Source of the DNA: Bugula neritina
Taxonomy: Eukaryota; Animalia; Bryozoa
Assembly (NCBI GenBank): GCA_964035545.1
Contig: OZ037767.1
Location: 30,706,628-30,770,627 of the forward strand
Direction: 5' to 3'
DNA: 64,000 bases
Below are positions 1 to 22,084 of this stretch, piece by piece. The notes beneath the pieces were generated by a model that was not told where the DNA came from, did not search any database, and saw only the letters and a program-made list of their open reading frames with translations. Each line of letters begins with the position of its first letter. Position 1 is the first letter of the stretch. The translations under genes were made by a program, and so were the position numbers.

Positions 1-3000
1 AGCATCACGCTGTACACTAACCCCAACTACTTCGTGCAGCTGTGGGTTGAATCCTTGCAGAAGAATGTCTCCGAGACTTCCAAGAAACATGATGGAAAGA
101 AAGTGAGACGGGTTAGTGTCCCTTTGTTATGTAATATCTGGTAGTAAAGTTATATGCGAGTAGTTACTTGATACAGTAATGTTGATCTAGAATTATCTTC
201 TCCTTGACAAATCTCTGCTGACCTAGTTTTAATGTTATCTTTGACCGGAATGCATACAAGCAAAGCTTCTATCACACTAACAGTTCCTGTATAGTATAAA
301 TGCATACTGTAGTATATGTATAGTACTACATATAAGCAAAGTTATCTTATTTTAATGAAAACTGAAAAAATCATTACAATTACAAATTCCTTTGATACAG
401 TTGAAGTTTGAAATATAAATTGTGAACTTACTGGGGCATTCATCCCTCGCTCCCTAATTGATAACTCTTTATCGTAGACCTCAAGGCAGTTTGAATGGAG
501 GTTGTTTTTGCTGTGAAATATTTCTAAAACTGTTTACTTTTTTGTATATAAAAGTGAGCATATTTCAGATTGAATGCCATGATTCATGTTGCAGGACTAT
601 ATTGGCAGCATGCAGGTATATAGAGTTAACTGTGTTTATTTCAACTTCTTTTATACCATATATTTGTGTTTGGACTCACTTTTTTGTGCTATGAGTAGCC
701 TTCCGTTTGCAGTTCTGCCGCAGCAAGATTGTTTGGAGTAATTCCGCCTTCGTTACTCTTGATATTATTTTAAGTATGGTGAATGCTATTACTTTATGAT
801 TTGCATGACCTCAGTTGATGACATCACATACTATTTCTTTGCACACGGATATTGTGTTAGTATTATGCTAGGTTATCTGCTAGCTGTTTGGTTGTGTATT
901 GCTATGAGAGGAAATTCGTCTTTTTTGCTACCACACTAAGAGTTCCTGTATAGTATAAATTTATACTGTAGTATAAGTATAGTATTACATAGTACAGTAT
1001 GTGTAGTGTAGTGCAGTATAGTATACAGTATAGTGCTCATAGCTGTGTATATGTGTAGTCTAGTATAAAATGTGTAGTATAGTATGGTATTATATAGTTT
1101 GTGTAGTATAGTAAACATAGTATACTATAGTGTAGTGTAGTATATAGTGTAGTATATGGTATAGTATAGTGTAGTATATAGTATAGTATATAGTATAGTA
1201 TATAGTATAGTATATAGTATAGTATATAGTATAGTATATAGTATAGTATATAGTATAGTATATAGTATAGTATATAGTATAATACATGTAGCTATATATA
1301 AACATATCATCTTCTTGTCTAGATGTCCCGCCGATACGCCAGCCTCTCACTCGGCCATCAGGTTATATTTCCTTTAGATTTATCCCCCTTTGTGCCACAT
1401 CTTTGTTAACTCAGACCACAAAGACTTTGTCAGTCCCTCATCTTGTGCTACAGTGTATTACTAACACACACCAGTGTCTTCTCCCATATTGTTATAATCA
1501 GACCCTCAGTGTCATCAATATGGAAACATGATAGATACGTCTCAAAATTATTTAATAGTTAAATTAATTTTAAATTATGAGACTACTAAATGTTACTAGC
1601 CTGACAATGACTTCCCAACAGCCATTTGGTTTCAAATCAAAGTTATGGGTTTAAAGACAGTTGGAAGAATGGTGTTGGTTTTTAAGAACTCTGTGCTGTG
1701 TTGTTGGTTTCTCCAAATACTCACTTGTGTTTAGTGTTTGCTGATGGAGTTCATTGCCATGACTGCTATGGATGAGGTGCCGTGATTCAATTTATTTACA
1801 GATTGACTGAATATAACTGGAGTAGCTATTAACTGCTGCAGTCTTAAAACTCGTATAAAATTGAATGCAATTTATTCTTCACCAAAATATTTTGGTTTTG
1901 TGCCTCTTCCTTGAACTCGAACAACTCTACATTGTTTATATAGATTTGAATTAAAGTTGGGGGGGTAGCATGTGACACCCTCAAAGGCCAGTGTGACCCG
2001 GTATACTAGTACTACTCTGTTTATTAGGATAACATCAAATAGCTGCACATGAAATCACTTGATGTGTGTTACTTACTTCGCAGTCAGATCACTAGAATCT
2101 ATTCTTGTAATACTAATATATATGCTTCTTAGTTGCTACTCTATTCTAGTCTTCATTCAGTCTTCCTCACATTTTCAGAGTTCCCGTCCAGCTTTAGTGA
2201 TGTTAGAGATATAAATAGAAGATAGTGTTTAGCTTCCACTTAATTTTATTTCCTTTTCTCAGCGTCCATCTAAAAGGGGAGGTAAGAAAGAGCTGGGCGA
2301 GGTCAAGAATCGGTCAGAAAAGTTTGCTGACATGGCAAGAGGTCAAGAGTTCATTCCGGCAAGACCAAAAGAAGCCCCGCCAAAGGCTGTAAGTAGTTAG
2401 TATAACACTGTCAGTGTGATAGGGAGTATAGTACTAAGTGTAGTAGTCTAAGTATAGTACTAAGTGTAGTAGTCTAAGTATAGTACTAAGTGTAGTAGTC
2501 TAAGTATAGTACTAAGTGTAGTAGTCAGTAGTCAGTGAAGTAGTCTAAGTATGGTAGTCACATTATAGTAGTCCGTGTAGTACTGAATGTAGTAATCAGT
2601 ATGTAATCAGTGTAGTACCGAATGTAGTAGTCAGTGTAGTAGTAATTAAAGTTAAGTTGTTAATGGTACCCTGTTGATACTTTGTGTAGACTCCAGGGGA
2701 CCCCAGGTCTTCCCAGGCACACAATGGACATCAATCCCGTCAGTACAGGGAATCAGCCACAGGTGGGTTCAGGTCAATACATACTCTCCCACAGACGTTT
2801 GACTTTTTTATTTGTTTGTTATGCATTTTTTTTTACCTTCATGTTCATCTCTATAATCTTTATGAATTGAAGAGTGTCCATGTAAGAGTTCTGTCTATTG
2901 GCTGGTGTCTGTCTATTGGCTGGTGTCTGTCTATTGGCTGGTGAATGTTGTAGGTGCAGCTCCTTACCAGCCTCCTCCTCCAGCACCACCAGCACCGGCT

Positions 3001-6000
3001 CAGCAGGGTGTGTCGGCTCACCGGGAGTACCAGGAGATGATATATGACAGCTACACACCTGATCCCCGTCACTCAGCATCACAGCAGTTGCCTCCCCCTA
3101 ACATGGTGCCCAGTGTAAGTCAGTGTACTGTAGTATAGTGTTAGAGTTATCTTTCCTAGCATGGTGCCCAGTGTAAGTCAGTGTACTGTAGTATAGTGTT
3201 AGAGTTATCTTTCCTAGCATGGTGTACAGTGTAAGTCAGTGTACTGTAGTATAGTGTTAGAGTTATCTTTCCTAGCATGGTGCCCAGTGTAAGTCAGTGT
3301 ACTGTAGTATAGTGTTAGAGTTATCTTTCCTAGCATGGTGTAATGTGTAAGTCAGGGTACTGTAGTATAGTGTTAGAGTTATCTTTCCTAGCATGGTGCC
3401 CAGTGTAAGTCAGTGTACTGTAGTATAGTGTTAGAGTTATCTTTCCTAGCATGGTGTACAGTGTAAGTCAGTGTACTGTAGTATAGTGTTAGAGTTATCT
3501 TTCCTAGCATGGTGTACAGTGTAAGTCAGTGTACTGTAGTATAGTGTTAGAGTTATCTTTCCTAGCATGGTGCCCAGTGTAAGTCAGTGTACTGTAGTAT
3601 AGTGTTAGAGTTATCTTTCCTAGCATGGTGCCCAGTGTAAGTCAGTGTACTGTAGTATAGTGTTAGAGTTATCTTCCCTAGCATGGTGCCCAGTGTAAGT
3701 CAGGGTACTGTAGTATGTAGACATGTCTATAGTTGTACTGAGTTATATGGTGCCATAAACTTTGTTTGGTCTCAACTCCTATAATTATTATCATTTTTCG
3801 TAAATATTTGAGACAATGAATGTTAAACCATTGTAGTCTGTAGGGTTCAAGGTCGTTGTCTATTAGCATCAGTAGCAATAGATGTTATCATGTCTTGTAG
3901 CATTCGAACTCCTCCCAGCTGTCTCGTGCCAGCACTGCTTCCAACTCCTCTCCAGGGATGTCTAGGATGGGGGTGCCTCCCCCACCGCCCCCTCCGCCTC
4001 CCGTGGACCACTTCAGCCAAGGGTTACCACCTCCACCTTCACCTCCAGGACAACACGGTTAGCACTCTGTGATGTCATCTGTTTGACTTTCCTCAACATG
4101 TTTCAGCTTTTTGTAGAGTTAAACCCAGTTGGCCATGGCATGCTTTCTGTCGTCTAAACTCGTTGCAAGTAATTTGCCTGATTTTCTGCTGCTCAAGCTA
4201 AATGAAGATTAAATTAAGTTGAGAAATGAGACGGTGTTTTGTAGATGACTATTTGTATTTCTCTGGTAATATTCCCCTTGTTGTGTTGTGACATTGTTAC
4301 TTTGTTGTGACAATGTTATGTTGTGACATTGTTGTGACATTGTGAGATGATGTTAGCATGCTGGATTGATTGACAGTGAGTGAGAGTTATGTTCTCGTGT
4401 TCCTCTCCATCTCGGTGACAAGAACTCACTGTGTATTGATGTTATAATATGTATAACTATTGTGTGAATGTTGTCTGTTTGACTATTGAGTCACTGTGTT
4501 ACCTGTTTACCCTTATTCACATGTTCAGCATTACATCACATATATATTTAGTAGTTGTGTTAGCAAATCTATTAGAAAGAGTCACTTAGATTAGAATTAG
4601 TTCCTCCTCTGTTCACGGGAACATGCGGGAGGAGAGCTGGACCTAAGGTACCCGCTCTCTCACACTAGCAGTCTTCAGGCTATAGATCGTACAGTTCTAC
4701 AGTCACTTGTTACCTGTATACTCTCTACCTGAGTGACTTGTTACCTGTATACTCTCTACCTGAGTGACTTGTAGCTGAAGTTCTCAATATTGTTGTAGAT
4801 ATGGGGATTGTTCCTCCACCACCTGACATGTCTCAGAGTATTGACTCTATCAGGCCGGCGTCTCCGCCCCCTCCTATGATGACGAGTCAGACGGTGATTC
4901 CTTCAGTAGTACCGCCTCCTCCACCCCCTCCCGGCTCCCAGTTTCCCCCTCAGAAGCAGCCACCCCTGTATGTCTACTCGTCTGACTGTAGTCTGAGTGC
5001 TGAACTATAACATTCCTGATGTATCGTTCTCAGTGCATACTAATCTCTACATCGTAGCCACACAGTTGTTGTGTTCCTCTCTTGTAGATCTGCTGGAGGT
5101 CCACCCCCTCCCCCTCCACCCCCACCGCCTCCCCCAATGTCGACAGAAGGACTAGGGCTGCCACCGCCGCCGCCCCCACCACCCGCACCGTCTGCAGTTG
5201 AATCCACTACTAACAACTCACCCAATGCTCAGGCGTTGCAGCAGGCAGCCAGCTCTCTGAAGAGCACCCAGCACATACCCAAACCTGAGCCGGTGAAGGA
5301 TGAGCGGAGCGATCTGTTAGCTCAGATTAGACTAGGTACTCCTACTAACAGTTACTAGTACTCTTACTAACAGTCACTAGTACTCTCACTATCAGTTACT
5401 AGTACTCTCACTATCAGTCATTAGTACTCTCACTATCAGTTACTAGTACTCTCACTAACAGTTACTAGTACTCTCACTATCAGTCACTAGTACTCTCACT
5501 ATCAGTCACTAGTACTCTTATCAGTCACTAGTACTCTTATTATCAGTCACTAGTACTCTCACTATCAGTTACTAGTACTCTCACTATCAGTTACAGTCAT
5601 TAGTACTTACAGTCATTAGTACTCTCACTAACAGTCATTAGTACTCTCACTAACAGTCACTAGTACTCTCACTATCAGTTACTAGCAACATATAATATAC
5701 TATATACTCTACTCTATACTCTGCAGGTATCCAGTTACGAGGCGCTGAAGAAAGAAAGAACCAGAATACAGCAACTATTGATAGCAAAAAGGTGACCTTT
5801 TCGTGTCATTACACTTACACTCTGACCTAGTAACATGCCATTACACTTACACTGCGACCTTTCTGTGTCGTTACACGTACACTGTGACCTAGTAACATGT
5901 CATTACACTTACACTGTGACCTTTCTATGTCGTTACACTTACACTGTGACCTAGTAACATGTCGTTACACTTACACTGTGACCTAGTAACATGTCGTTAC

Positions 6001-6277
6001 ACTTACACTGTGACCTAGTAGATACTATATTATATTATATATAATATGTTATGTTAGTGTAAGTTGCTATATTATGTTACACTATCATGTATATTCCACA
6101 CTCTATCATGTATATTCTACACTCTATATCATATATTCTATCGTGCAGCTGCTAGGTGGTACGTTTGACGTGCAGTCTATTATGGACAAAGTGCAGGAGA
6201 TGAGAAGACACATGGAGAACAGTGACTCGGAGTCGGACTATGAAGATGATTGGGATGAAGATGATTACTATTCCTGA
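1..6277 (+). CDS. WASF: WAVE/SCAR (WASP-family verprolin-homologous protein), 3' part; 5' end lies outside the window
   Basis: Exons <1-111, 2263-2388, 2690-2762, 2954-3114, 3901-4057, 4799-4967, 5088-5335, 5727-5791, 6149-6277, all GT-AG with consistent phase. Encodes the end of the SHD (SITLYTNPNYFVQLW), a basic region, MARGQEF, a long polyproline region, WH2 (DERSDLLAQIRLGIQLRGAE), a central helix (DVQSIMDK..RRHME) and an acidic tail with Trp (SDSESDYEDDWDEDDYYS*). Confidence 0.93.
1125..1282. repeat. (ATAGT/TATAGTATAGTA)n low-complexity microsatellite in WAVE intron
   Basis: 12-bp unit tatagtatagta repeated about 10 times; explains the YYTI/ILYT pseudo-ORFs. Confidence 0.9.
2425..2645. 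repeat. About 26-bp minisatellite (agtatagtactaagtgtagtagtcta) decaying 3'-ward
   Basis: About 4 near-perfect copies at 2425-2525, then degenerate copies. Confidence 0.85.
3102..3716 (+). repeat. 58-bp tandem repeat, about 10.5 copies, containing exon end, 5' splice site and 3' splice site
   Basis: Unit CATGGTGCCCAGT|GTAAGTCAGTGTACTGTAGTATAGTGTTAGAGTTATCTTTCCTAG starts at 3102, 3160, 3218 ... 3682; the first copy overlaps the end of the WAVE exon 2954-3114. Confidence 0.95.
5336..5685. repeat. About 22-bp minisatellite (tactctcactatcagttactag) filling the intron after the WH2 exon
   Basis: About 15 copies starting at the donor at 5336. Confidence 0.9.
5792..6020. repeat. About 32-bp minisatellite (gtgacctagtaacatgtcgttacacttacact)
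   Basis: About 7 copies; the first starts exactly at the donor GTGACC at 5792. Confidence 0.9.
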
Positions 6278-7252
6278 GCCCCTCCCCCCCCCCCCCCCCA
6301 TTACACTCCCCAACTCACCCCCTAACTCAACTACACTCACATTGCTACATTCACAACATATTAATAGTTGGATAAGATTTGTCCCCTCTACAATAGTTTG
6401 TAACTTGGAGCTGAAAGAGTAATGTATGCAGCTCAACGTGCCGTATGCTAAGGGCCAATACAAGGCGCCAGTGGAGTTCTACAATGTTATAAATTCAGAA
6501 GGCCCATTGGCCCAGCTATTTATGTTCACTTAACAATGATGGCTGATGTGCCATTTTAGTTACTACTGATTACAAATACTTTTATAACTGTTGGTTAAAT
6601 ACATGTTTTGGTCTAATGCCTATTTTCTATTATTTTACTCATAATGTAGCAGTTTCATCTGCTGTTGACAGTGTTTTGTTATACGCTACAGTTGTTAAAT
6701 TTCTAAGAGCTTCCTCGGTTTTTAGTTTCAGAATGAAATATTGTCATTTACTAGAAAATTTATAACCTTATTTAATTGTTATAATTCATATATGTCTTGA
6801 TATACTTTACTAGTGAATTAGTGTATGTTATAATAGAGTTATATAATATACTTCAGAAATTTTACTTTATTTAATAAAAATTAATATTAATAGTTACACA
6901 GCTCAATGATGCAATGCAGTGGGTCAACTGGCAAGCAGTAAGCCTGAGTGCCATAAATATATTCAGTGTGACCCAGGGGAGGGGGGCTATCAGCACCCAC
7001 ACTGTTGTGTGTATTCGCATGCATTAAAAAAATAAAATTGTTCTTGATGCTTTTTCATACTTTTAATCTTACAGTTAGCTACAATAATAGATTATTGAAT
7101 TCCATGATACTCTGAATGTGTAGTTAGTGTGAAGCAGGTAGAAAAGCCTATCAACTAAACAATACTTTCGTCTGGCAGCAGAAGGACCGTCTGGCTACTG
7201 GTCTGTTGCCATGGAAACTACATATCAGTAGTTGGTGATGGGGAGGTCCAAA

Positions 7253-10200
7253 TTACTCCACCTGTTGTATAATATTCTCCAAACCCTAAAAAAACAATTC
7301 AATTTATTCAGCAGACATTACAAAATTTCTGTGAATATTTATTAGAAATAGAGTTTCTATATATATTATAAATGCTCAAAGTGATAGATAATAGATCAAT
7401 AAGATATCAATAAAATATCTATTTCAACACGCTCTTTGATTTATATATGCTATATGGAGATTCAAGATTTTCATCAATTATAATTTATAGTCTCCTATTC
7501 ATTGACCCATTTATTTCATATCCTGTTCAGAAATCACATATATGCTAATGTGACTATCAGCTAAAATAACAAATATTTTAAACAAAATTCACATTCATTC
7601 AATTTTAATATCTATTTTTAGAGTAAGTCACAGTCTTTGGAAACAAAGGCTAATTTATCATTAAGATCTGTTGGACCACAGGCTTCTACTGTGGCAGCCA
7701 TTTAAATTATCCATCAGTTAACATATAATATGACATATAACTTATTAAACAACAACATAAAAGGACTTAGGCTGATGCATAAGAATATTATATAATTTAA
7801 TACATTACAATAATATATACCATATAATATCATAACACAACCTAAGACATTGCAGGCTGGTGTGGGTATTACATACCGATAGCCCGTGGTCATATTGGTG
7901 ATCTCTTTCATACTCTATCATAGATGCTGGTCTAAAGTTTACTATTAAAGCCCTTCTACAGCTGTTTGACTTGTTTCCTCTAGTGTAGTGCAATGTCCTT
8001 CCATGATGCCCAGTACAGCCACCAGCTGGCAGAGGTTCAGGCCTTCCTTCATCCTACCAACAGGTCCACCTTATAGCCCAATATCGGGAGTGCTTTTTGT
8101 TATATTATATTACATTATTTGTATTTTATTTGAGCTGTATGTTGCTGTGAGGTATGCATGTTGAAAGAAGGGGGGGGAACTCCAATTGACCTTGAGCTAT
8201 GTATATATTGTTACAAATGTATAACAATTCATTAATATTTGCTTTAAAATGTTCATCTATAAAGCTGTGTTAATAGTACTTTGTACAAACAACTTTGAGT
8301 TGGGTTGCCAATATTACAATGCAACATCTCCAATATTACAACGCAACATCTCCAATATTACAACATTCTATCACCAATGTACAGTAAATTCACCTCTGAG
8401 CATTCACACTGGTTGATATGATGGCCATCTTTAACTTTCCAATGCCTCCTTAACGGCTGCAGATGAGAGCCGGGCACAAACCACATGCACCCGTTGTCAA
8501 CATTAACATCCTGCAGGGCCACCCAGAAGGATACAGCTCTCTTATCTGACATGTCCAGCCAATAGGATTCATCTTGGTGCCATGGTGTCTCTACATCACT
8601 TCCTGGGGGCTGGAAACATACGACTGGTAATATACAGTCTTGGCTAAACATACAATGTTATAGATGAAATATGTAGGAGGGCAGTTGTGTTCTACTGGTT
8701 AGAGCAATGGCCTATGAAATGGGTTGGAGCCATTGCTGATGTCAGGAAATGGGTTGGAACCCCAGCAGAGCCATTGGTGATGTCAGGAAGAGTATCAGTG
8801 CTTCATGTCACGAGAATGGTGGAAGGAAAAGTCCTTATCCATCGAGAAACCTCTCACTATCAGGGTTTTCCTAGACTCCAAACAAGCATGAGCTTTATAT
8901 ATAATATGTAAGTTATGCAGGAGTAATAAGAAGTAATAAGTGCAATATATTGCCATGAGCAGTATTGAAGAGGTAGATCTTTCATAGATTATATAAATTA
9001 ATTCAATTTATAATTTGATGTTGAAACTAAATTCTACAAGAAAACAGAGTTCACTTTCCTTTAATCTGAAGAGATACCTATAAAACTCAATAAATTATTT
9101 TTGAGAGCTAAAGGAGACAGTCTGTAATTAGTCCTGTAATAAGAGCATCTAGCACACGACCTTCACCTTTGAAATCATCATATCAAAGTCAAAATTCATG
9201 TCTTCACCGAGAACACTTTGGGCTAATAGCTCCAGTTTTCTATAAAGCGTGCTCTGTCTGAGTTCAGGGGCGTAGTGACTGGGCCACATTATTTGAGTTA
9301 TGTTTTCCTTCCCTTCTGTAACTCCCACTAAACATGATAAATTAATAATAATTTATTTCTGTCATCTTTTCCTCAATCACCTGAAGTAGAAATTAATTTT
9401 CAGTGATAGTGGCTATAAAACAATTTTGCAATCCTGCAATTTACTGCTTTCCCAGGGTAGCCAGTGAAGAATGTTTATGTCATAACAAAACAAATGCATC
9501 AACCTTTAGCCTCTTAAACTGTACGAATGGAATTTTACATAGCAACTACATGTAGTTGCCTAGTTAGCTTTTTACTAGTAATCATGCAAGATTTACATAA
9601 GCATCCCAAAATAGTTTGCCAAAAATATATACAGGTTGTGCATTGAGTTAGTTAAAACTTGAACTTTGAGCCATATACAATGGTAGACTATAAAATAATA
9701 ATATTATACTATTCCTACTATCCTATTAGACTTTAAAGCTTGAAACATACATGTAGTAACTTACACTTTTAGGGCAATAAAATCATTAGAGTTGAGAAAA
9801 TGATACTAATATTAATTATATAGTTACCATGAGAACCAAGGTCATGTCTGTGGACTGAGGTATCAATTTCTCCAGAGAGAAGTTTGTCATACAGACTCGC
9901 GTATCTCTTTACACATTGTTCACTGATTATCTCCTCCATCTTCTGCAACACAGAGCAAACTGCAGCATGCAGACAAAATCGGAAAATAAAATTTTGTAAA
10001 ATAAATACATTTCAAACTTGTAAGTTTCAAAGTAAAAGCTCACAACACAAATTAAGTAAGCATCTGCAGCCAAACTAGCAGCATCACTTGATATCTAATG
10101 ATATAATTATTACATGTGATCATGTGGCCATTTGGTCATGTGACTATTTCATCATGTGACTCTGTGACCATCTGACCAGGTGACTGCAGGTATTCTGCCA

Positions 10201-10297
10201 CTATACAAACACTTGGCAGTTTTGTAATTTGGTTTGCTTACAGTATATATAATGTGATTTTCAATTTACAAATTCATTTTTAAACTGAAATAAAGAG

Positions 10298-10374
<77 letters not shown>

Positions 10375-10514
10375 CTTGCTTAATTCTTAATTCAACTTTT
10401 TAGACTAACCAAATATCCCTGCTTGTTGAAAATTTCCTTTGCTGCTGCAATGTCCAGAGAGTTGAGCCACTCATCTAAAACATCTTTTTCTATAGCCAAG
10501 CTCTTGTCAGCCAT
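7253..10514 (-). CDS. Phytanoyl-CoA dioxygenase (PhyH) family 2OG/Fe(II) oxygenase, about 268 aa
   Basis: Exons 10514-10410, 9942-9828, 9327-9167, 8609-8394, 8053-7877, 7285-7253 (807 nt, phases consistent). Motifs F.KQGYL, KPPG...TPWHQD (HxD), SFWVALQDVNVDNGCMWFVPGSH, HHGRTLHYT.GN.S..RRA (distal His and 2OG-binding Arg). The last 33-nt exon is less certain. Confidence 0.9.
8683..8805 (+). mobile_element. Degenerate tRNA-derived SINE fragment in PhyH intron 3
   Basis: A-box-like tgttctactggttagagc followed by gccattggtgatgtcaggaagagtatc, matching the body of the SINE at 34134-34324; contains a short internal duplication. Confidence 0.55.
10301..10372. repeat. (TA)n microsatellite
   Basis: About 35 TA units. 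Confidence 0.97.
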
Positions 10515-12080
10515 TTTTATCTTTTAGTAATCTGAAAAACTGCCCATATTACAAGGAAAGCCCACATTGACAATTCATGCACAGAGAATCAAAAATAGCT
10601 GCGAGTAAAGGTGCTATATTAGTATGAGTAAATCTGCAAGGGTTAATATGAATTATATATTTTTCTGAATTGGATGTTGTATAATATGCAATTTCAAGCA
10701 TTTAATGAGAAATGAAATTCTAATGGAGTTAAATAAATAATTTAATTACAATATTGTTTTGCACAATGAGCAGATTGTTATATATTCCAGTTTGTAATAG
10801 CCCGTATTAAAAAACAGCATATAACAGCTATTTCGAAAGATACTTCTAAATTTAGCTTCCGAAAACTTATTTTGAAGCCTACCTGTTGCTAAGTGTGCAA
10901 TGGTATATAGACTTGGTTGATGATTCACTTCTGACATAAATTGTGCAAAGCATACAATACGTATTAGCTACCAGCTTTGAGGCTTGAGCATAGTATTGTA
11001 AATTATTATACATGCAATACGTTGCATCTGTTGCGAGATTTATCAACCCCTTGCGATATTATATAAAATTCATCGTGCCCACAAGCACGTGCTTCTGTTT
11101 ACAAACGTGAATATCCGGTAAATTCTTGTACGGGCGGTTGTAGGCAAATATACCGCAATGGTTGTAGGTAAACGCGAAAAATATCTTATGACCCATATTC
11201 TTTGCGCAAGCGCAAATATATCTTGCGTTATTGGTAGATGTTTACATTATTTGCTAAGCTTCAGACTTAATGACTAATCCATGTACTGTGGACGCGCTGC
11301 ATAAGTTGAACTGATATTTATATTAATTCTAGCAACGCATACTAATATGTAGACGTTTTTCAGCATATCATATACGCGCTAACACGTCAACATTGAATAG
11401 CAATAAGTTTATCGTAGAAGCAGAAGATTATATTACTGTTGCCGTTGGTGAGTTACACAAGTCACAACTTCAGCTTGAATCAAAACTACAACAAGTACTA
11501 CTACTAGTACTAGCTGGGCGCTACGGGAACTTCTACTTCTAGTACTAGACGCAGTAACTACAGCTACTTATCTTCATACTCATGCTGATGCTGCCACTGG
11601 CAACTGGAATAATAATTATAATAGCTGTCTCCACCTGATAATTATCCAACACAATACTGAGTACAGATACTCATACTGATACTGATAGTGATAGTCATAC
11701 TCATACTGTTAGTGTTACACTTACTGTTAGTGTTAGACTTGTCACTTGGGGGTACTGACACTGACTACTTCTAGTTCTACTAGTACTACTACTACTCAAC
11801 TACTAGTAGTAAACTGAAAATACTACTAGAGTTAGACTCAGTACTAGTAGTACCTTGATAAGCCATAAGGATCATCATTGGGCTTTTAACAATCGAATTT
11901 ATATTGAATATCAGCTAAATAACTTAGCCATCAACTGCGAAATTAAAAGTTGACTTTGAATAAATTTTAAACTTAACGCTAGGTTTCTAATAGAAAATAG
12001 AAATACACAATTGGATCCGCTTAGTCTTACAGTTACAGCCCCCAACTTGTACTTAAAGTTAATACGAGAATTCAGCAGGT
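10515..12080. promoter_or_regulatory. Divergent (bidirectional) promoter region between PhyH and RXR, with candidate RXR 5'UTR exons
   Basis: Head-to-head gene orientation; local CpG enrichment at 11000-11450; donor-like sites at about 11448 (TTG|GTGAGT) and about 12079 (CAG|GTAATG). Confidence 0.5.
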
Positions 12081-13234
12081 AATGACATTAACATATACTT
12101 ATAATATTGGTATAAGTATAATTTATACCTTATGGTAGTACTAGTAATACTATAGACATAGTAATGTTAATACATGCAGGTACTCTTATCTCTTAGTAAC
12201 TCGTCTTATTTTTAGTAATGTAAATATTTTTGTACTCAACCATAGTGATAGTGCATATTTATCATTTGATGGTAATGCTGCCTAATCTTATTTTAAGTCC
12301 TAAGAGTAAGAGTATCAGTAGGTAAGTCTAGGTTACAACATTTGATTTAATAAAATTTTAGTTTATAATTATACAATTGCAATTACAACAACCGTAACAA
12401 GTAAACAACTATGATTATTGTCACTCGGTTTCTCATTGCTACATTTAATGTTGATGTTATGGTTGGTTTAGTTATTAGCTTTTTATTGTTTAACTAAGTC
12501 TAGACCTTAGTGCAATACTAATAGTAATAGTAATACTAGTTCTTAACCTAAACTTAAAGTAATGCTAATAATAATATAGATAGTATTCTTTATTACTTTT
12601 ATAATACTTTCTCTTAGGAATAAGTTTAATTTAGAATTTTGAAATGTTATAAAAATAAAATACTTATACTGGTGTAGTTTTAGCAAATGTAATAGTTTTA
12701 GTCATAATTATTATTCATAGAGGTAACAAATTTGAGAAGTTCGTCTTTTTTATGCTCGCAGCTATTCCACTTTTCAACTAGTTTAAAAGATGGTGTTTTT
12801 GAACCAGTACTCAAAGTAGCTCTAAAGGCATTCAAATTATTTTTATTTTTCCTGAAGGACAGTATTATACCTATAGTATTACAGTATGAAGTAATACAGT
12901 ATTGTACTTTGAAGTTATACAGTATAAAGTAATACAGCTTCACATTATAAAGTATTACAGTATAAATTAATGCATTATTGGAAGTTTATTTTGCTGCCTA
13001 ATGCACAATCCTATAGCATATTGATTTTTTTATGTTTTACACAATATTAATCGACATGTTGTTAGTTTTGCCAAAGGAAAATGGTAGTTTAGTTCACATT
13101 TTATGTTTATTATTCCGGTAGTTTCTGTAGAAATTGTGAGTACTTATTTATACCCACCACCTGCTCATTCATCACATGCATCTACTGAATTATTCTCTGC
13201 GTAGGTAGCACCACTTTCTTTGCCTAATCGTGAA

Positions 13235-22084
<8,850 letters not shown>

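Noticed and set aside
936-1350. Tyr/Thr/Ile-rich ORFs
   Set aside because: ATAGT microsatellite artefacts.
11660-11860. Hexamer patches as Thr/Ser-Asp/His repeat-coding exons
   Set aside because: No sustained ORF or flanking splice sites, and the register occurs in both orientations; treated as a non-coding pattern.
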